Part shown: piece after piece, positions 62,591-64,000 of the stretch | How the letters are laid out: the number at the start of each line of letters is the position of its first letter | How positions within the stretch are numbered: position 1 is the stretch's first letter | From: Lama glama | Lineage: Eukaryota | Length of the DNA stretch: 64,000 bases | Reading direction: 5' to 3' | Assembly: GCA_028534125.1 (NCBI GenBank) | Contig: CM052817.1 | Span: forward strand, 70,248,001 to 70,312,000 | Made by a program: the position numbers and the translations under genes | Notes under the pieces: generated by a model | Databases searched by the model: none | Seen by the model: the letters and a program-made list of their open reading frames with translations, nothing else | Told to the model about the DNA's origin: nothing

Positions 62591-64000
62591 TAATCAGGGA
62601 AAACATGCCTCCAGTTAAGCAAAGAGTTATGTTTAGGAAAAAAATAGTCTCAATCAGACTTAAGCCAAAGTTTGAGCTAATGTATGAGGACAGAAACTAG
62701 TAACTTCTGTGTGGGGTAAGTAAATTACAGTCTTAAGACTTATATCGGTACTCTTTAAAAGTGTACTGAATTTGTTCAAAATTAGTCAACTGTATATCAA
62801 GTTATCCTGAAACAGTCAATAATAATAATGATGAGATAATATACAACTACAAACGCTAGAAAAGTAAGTATGGGCAAACACTGTTATTACTGTTGTTTTC
62901 ATTATTAATGGTGATAGTACTGCAAAAAGGAAAAAGTCAAGTACAAAATGAAGCCGTTTTCAAGTTGTAAACTATCCTAATTCCACAGGCAGAGAAACAG
63001 AAGGTGGAAACATACATGTGAAAAATTGGAACAGGTGACCATCCTATTTATAGGTCAGGTTGGTCAGGGCAACGTCCTGAGTCTGTCTTTGCCAAGGCGA
63101 TTTTGGTGATGCTAAAATGTTCCCTGGGGTACCTGAGGGGCACGCAGGTGAAACTGCGGGGTGGGAGGATGGAAACAGGCTTGTAGAGCTCAGGAATATC
63201 CTGGTCTGGGGCATCACCCGCTACAATTGCTAGTGGAAGCCAGCCTTGAAGTCAGTTACTGCGCATCTCATGGGATGACTGTCAGCAGCTGTAAAGCTGG
63301 AAATGACTGTTACCGATTACCGTCCAGGGCCTCAGGCTAAAAAAGCTTTCTCCACCTGAAAAGTGGATTGTAAACACACCCTTTATGATCCTGAAAGACA
63401 GGAACAAATAGGGGACAATGACAGACCCCTTGCCCTAGAGTATGAAGATAAATAACTATTTCAAGAAAGAGGAAGGCTTTATATCTTAGGTCAGGATGGC
63501 AAGAAAAGGTTAAGAGTTTCTTAAGAACTAACAGGATATCAAACATGGAGAGGCAATGTATAACCGTCTCGGGAATTATGCTGGGGAAACAGGGCAGGAG
63601 AAAAGTGTGCAGATTTACGGGTCGTGTGCCTGCTCCAGAAAGATGCGCACCCTGCCCCTTCCACTTACTTCTGCTTACACATCACTTGTGTCTGCTCGCT
63701 CGTGGCCAGTGAGCCAAGGTTTCATAAGAATGGGGTTGCCCTCACTTTTTAGTGCCATGTTACTTGAAGCAGTTAATATGTTTATGGATAATGTCTCATT
63801 ACTGCCTTTTAAGTCACATTCCAGACCCCCTACATCACTTTGATAATAACACACCTGTCGCTGTGACTCAGAGCCCGCACCCTCTCGGTCTGTCACAGGC
63901 TGCCCTTCAAACAGCCTCCCCGACCATCTGCCTCTGTGCTGAGATTGTTGTGCCATAAAATACGGTGGTGTCTTGAACTATGCTCTTCTCCCCACACCCC

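Overview
This is mammalian (eutherian) non-coding DNA, either intergenic or deep intronic. I recognise no protein-coding exon, tRNA, rRNA, snRNA or miRNA. All ORF-track entries look like chance ORFs, several of them lying in decayed repeats. The repeats include many MIR, L2 and L3/CR1 relics, old L1M fragments, ERVL-MaLR (MLT1) and LTR41-like LTRs, one ERV1-like solo LTR and short young L1 3' tails of cetartiodactyl type. I see no Alu, BovB, Bov-tA, CHR or PRE-1 SINEs, which suggests a camelid genome (inference). There is a 100-N assembly gap at 33523-33622. The best-supported unusual observations are DNA-repair or insertion scars: a chimeric 297-bp insert with a perfect 17-bp flanking duplication (60778-61108), a ~50-bp copy of nearby DNA at an internal L1 deletion junction (35926-35976, matching 37043-37092), a ~170-bp local duplicate that splits a MIR (10530-11146), and a micro-insertion with a 14-bp duplication (18730-18805). 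Repeat-poor blocks rich in CpG and motifs (about 17.1 kb, 19.5-26.1 kb and 41.7-45 kb) look like cis-regulatory DNA, and three + strand exon-shaped segments could belong to a lncRNA. I did not find a convincing novel gene system. Repeat subfamily names and boundaries were assigned by eye from remembered consensus sequences and are approximate.
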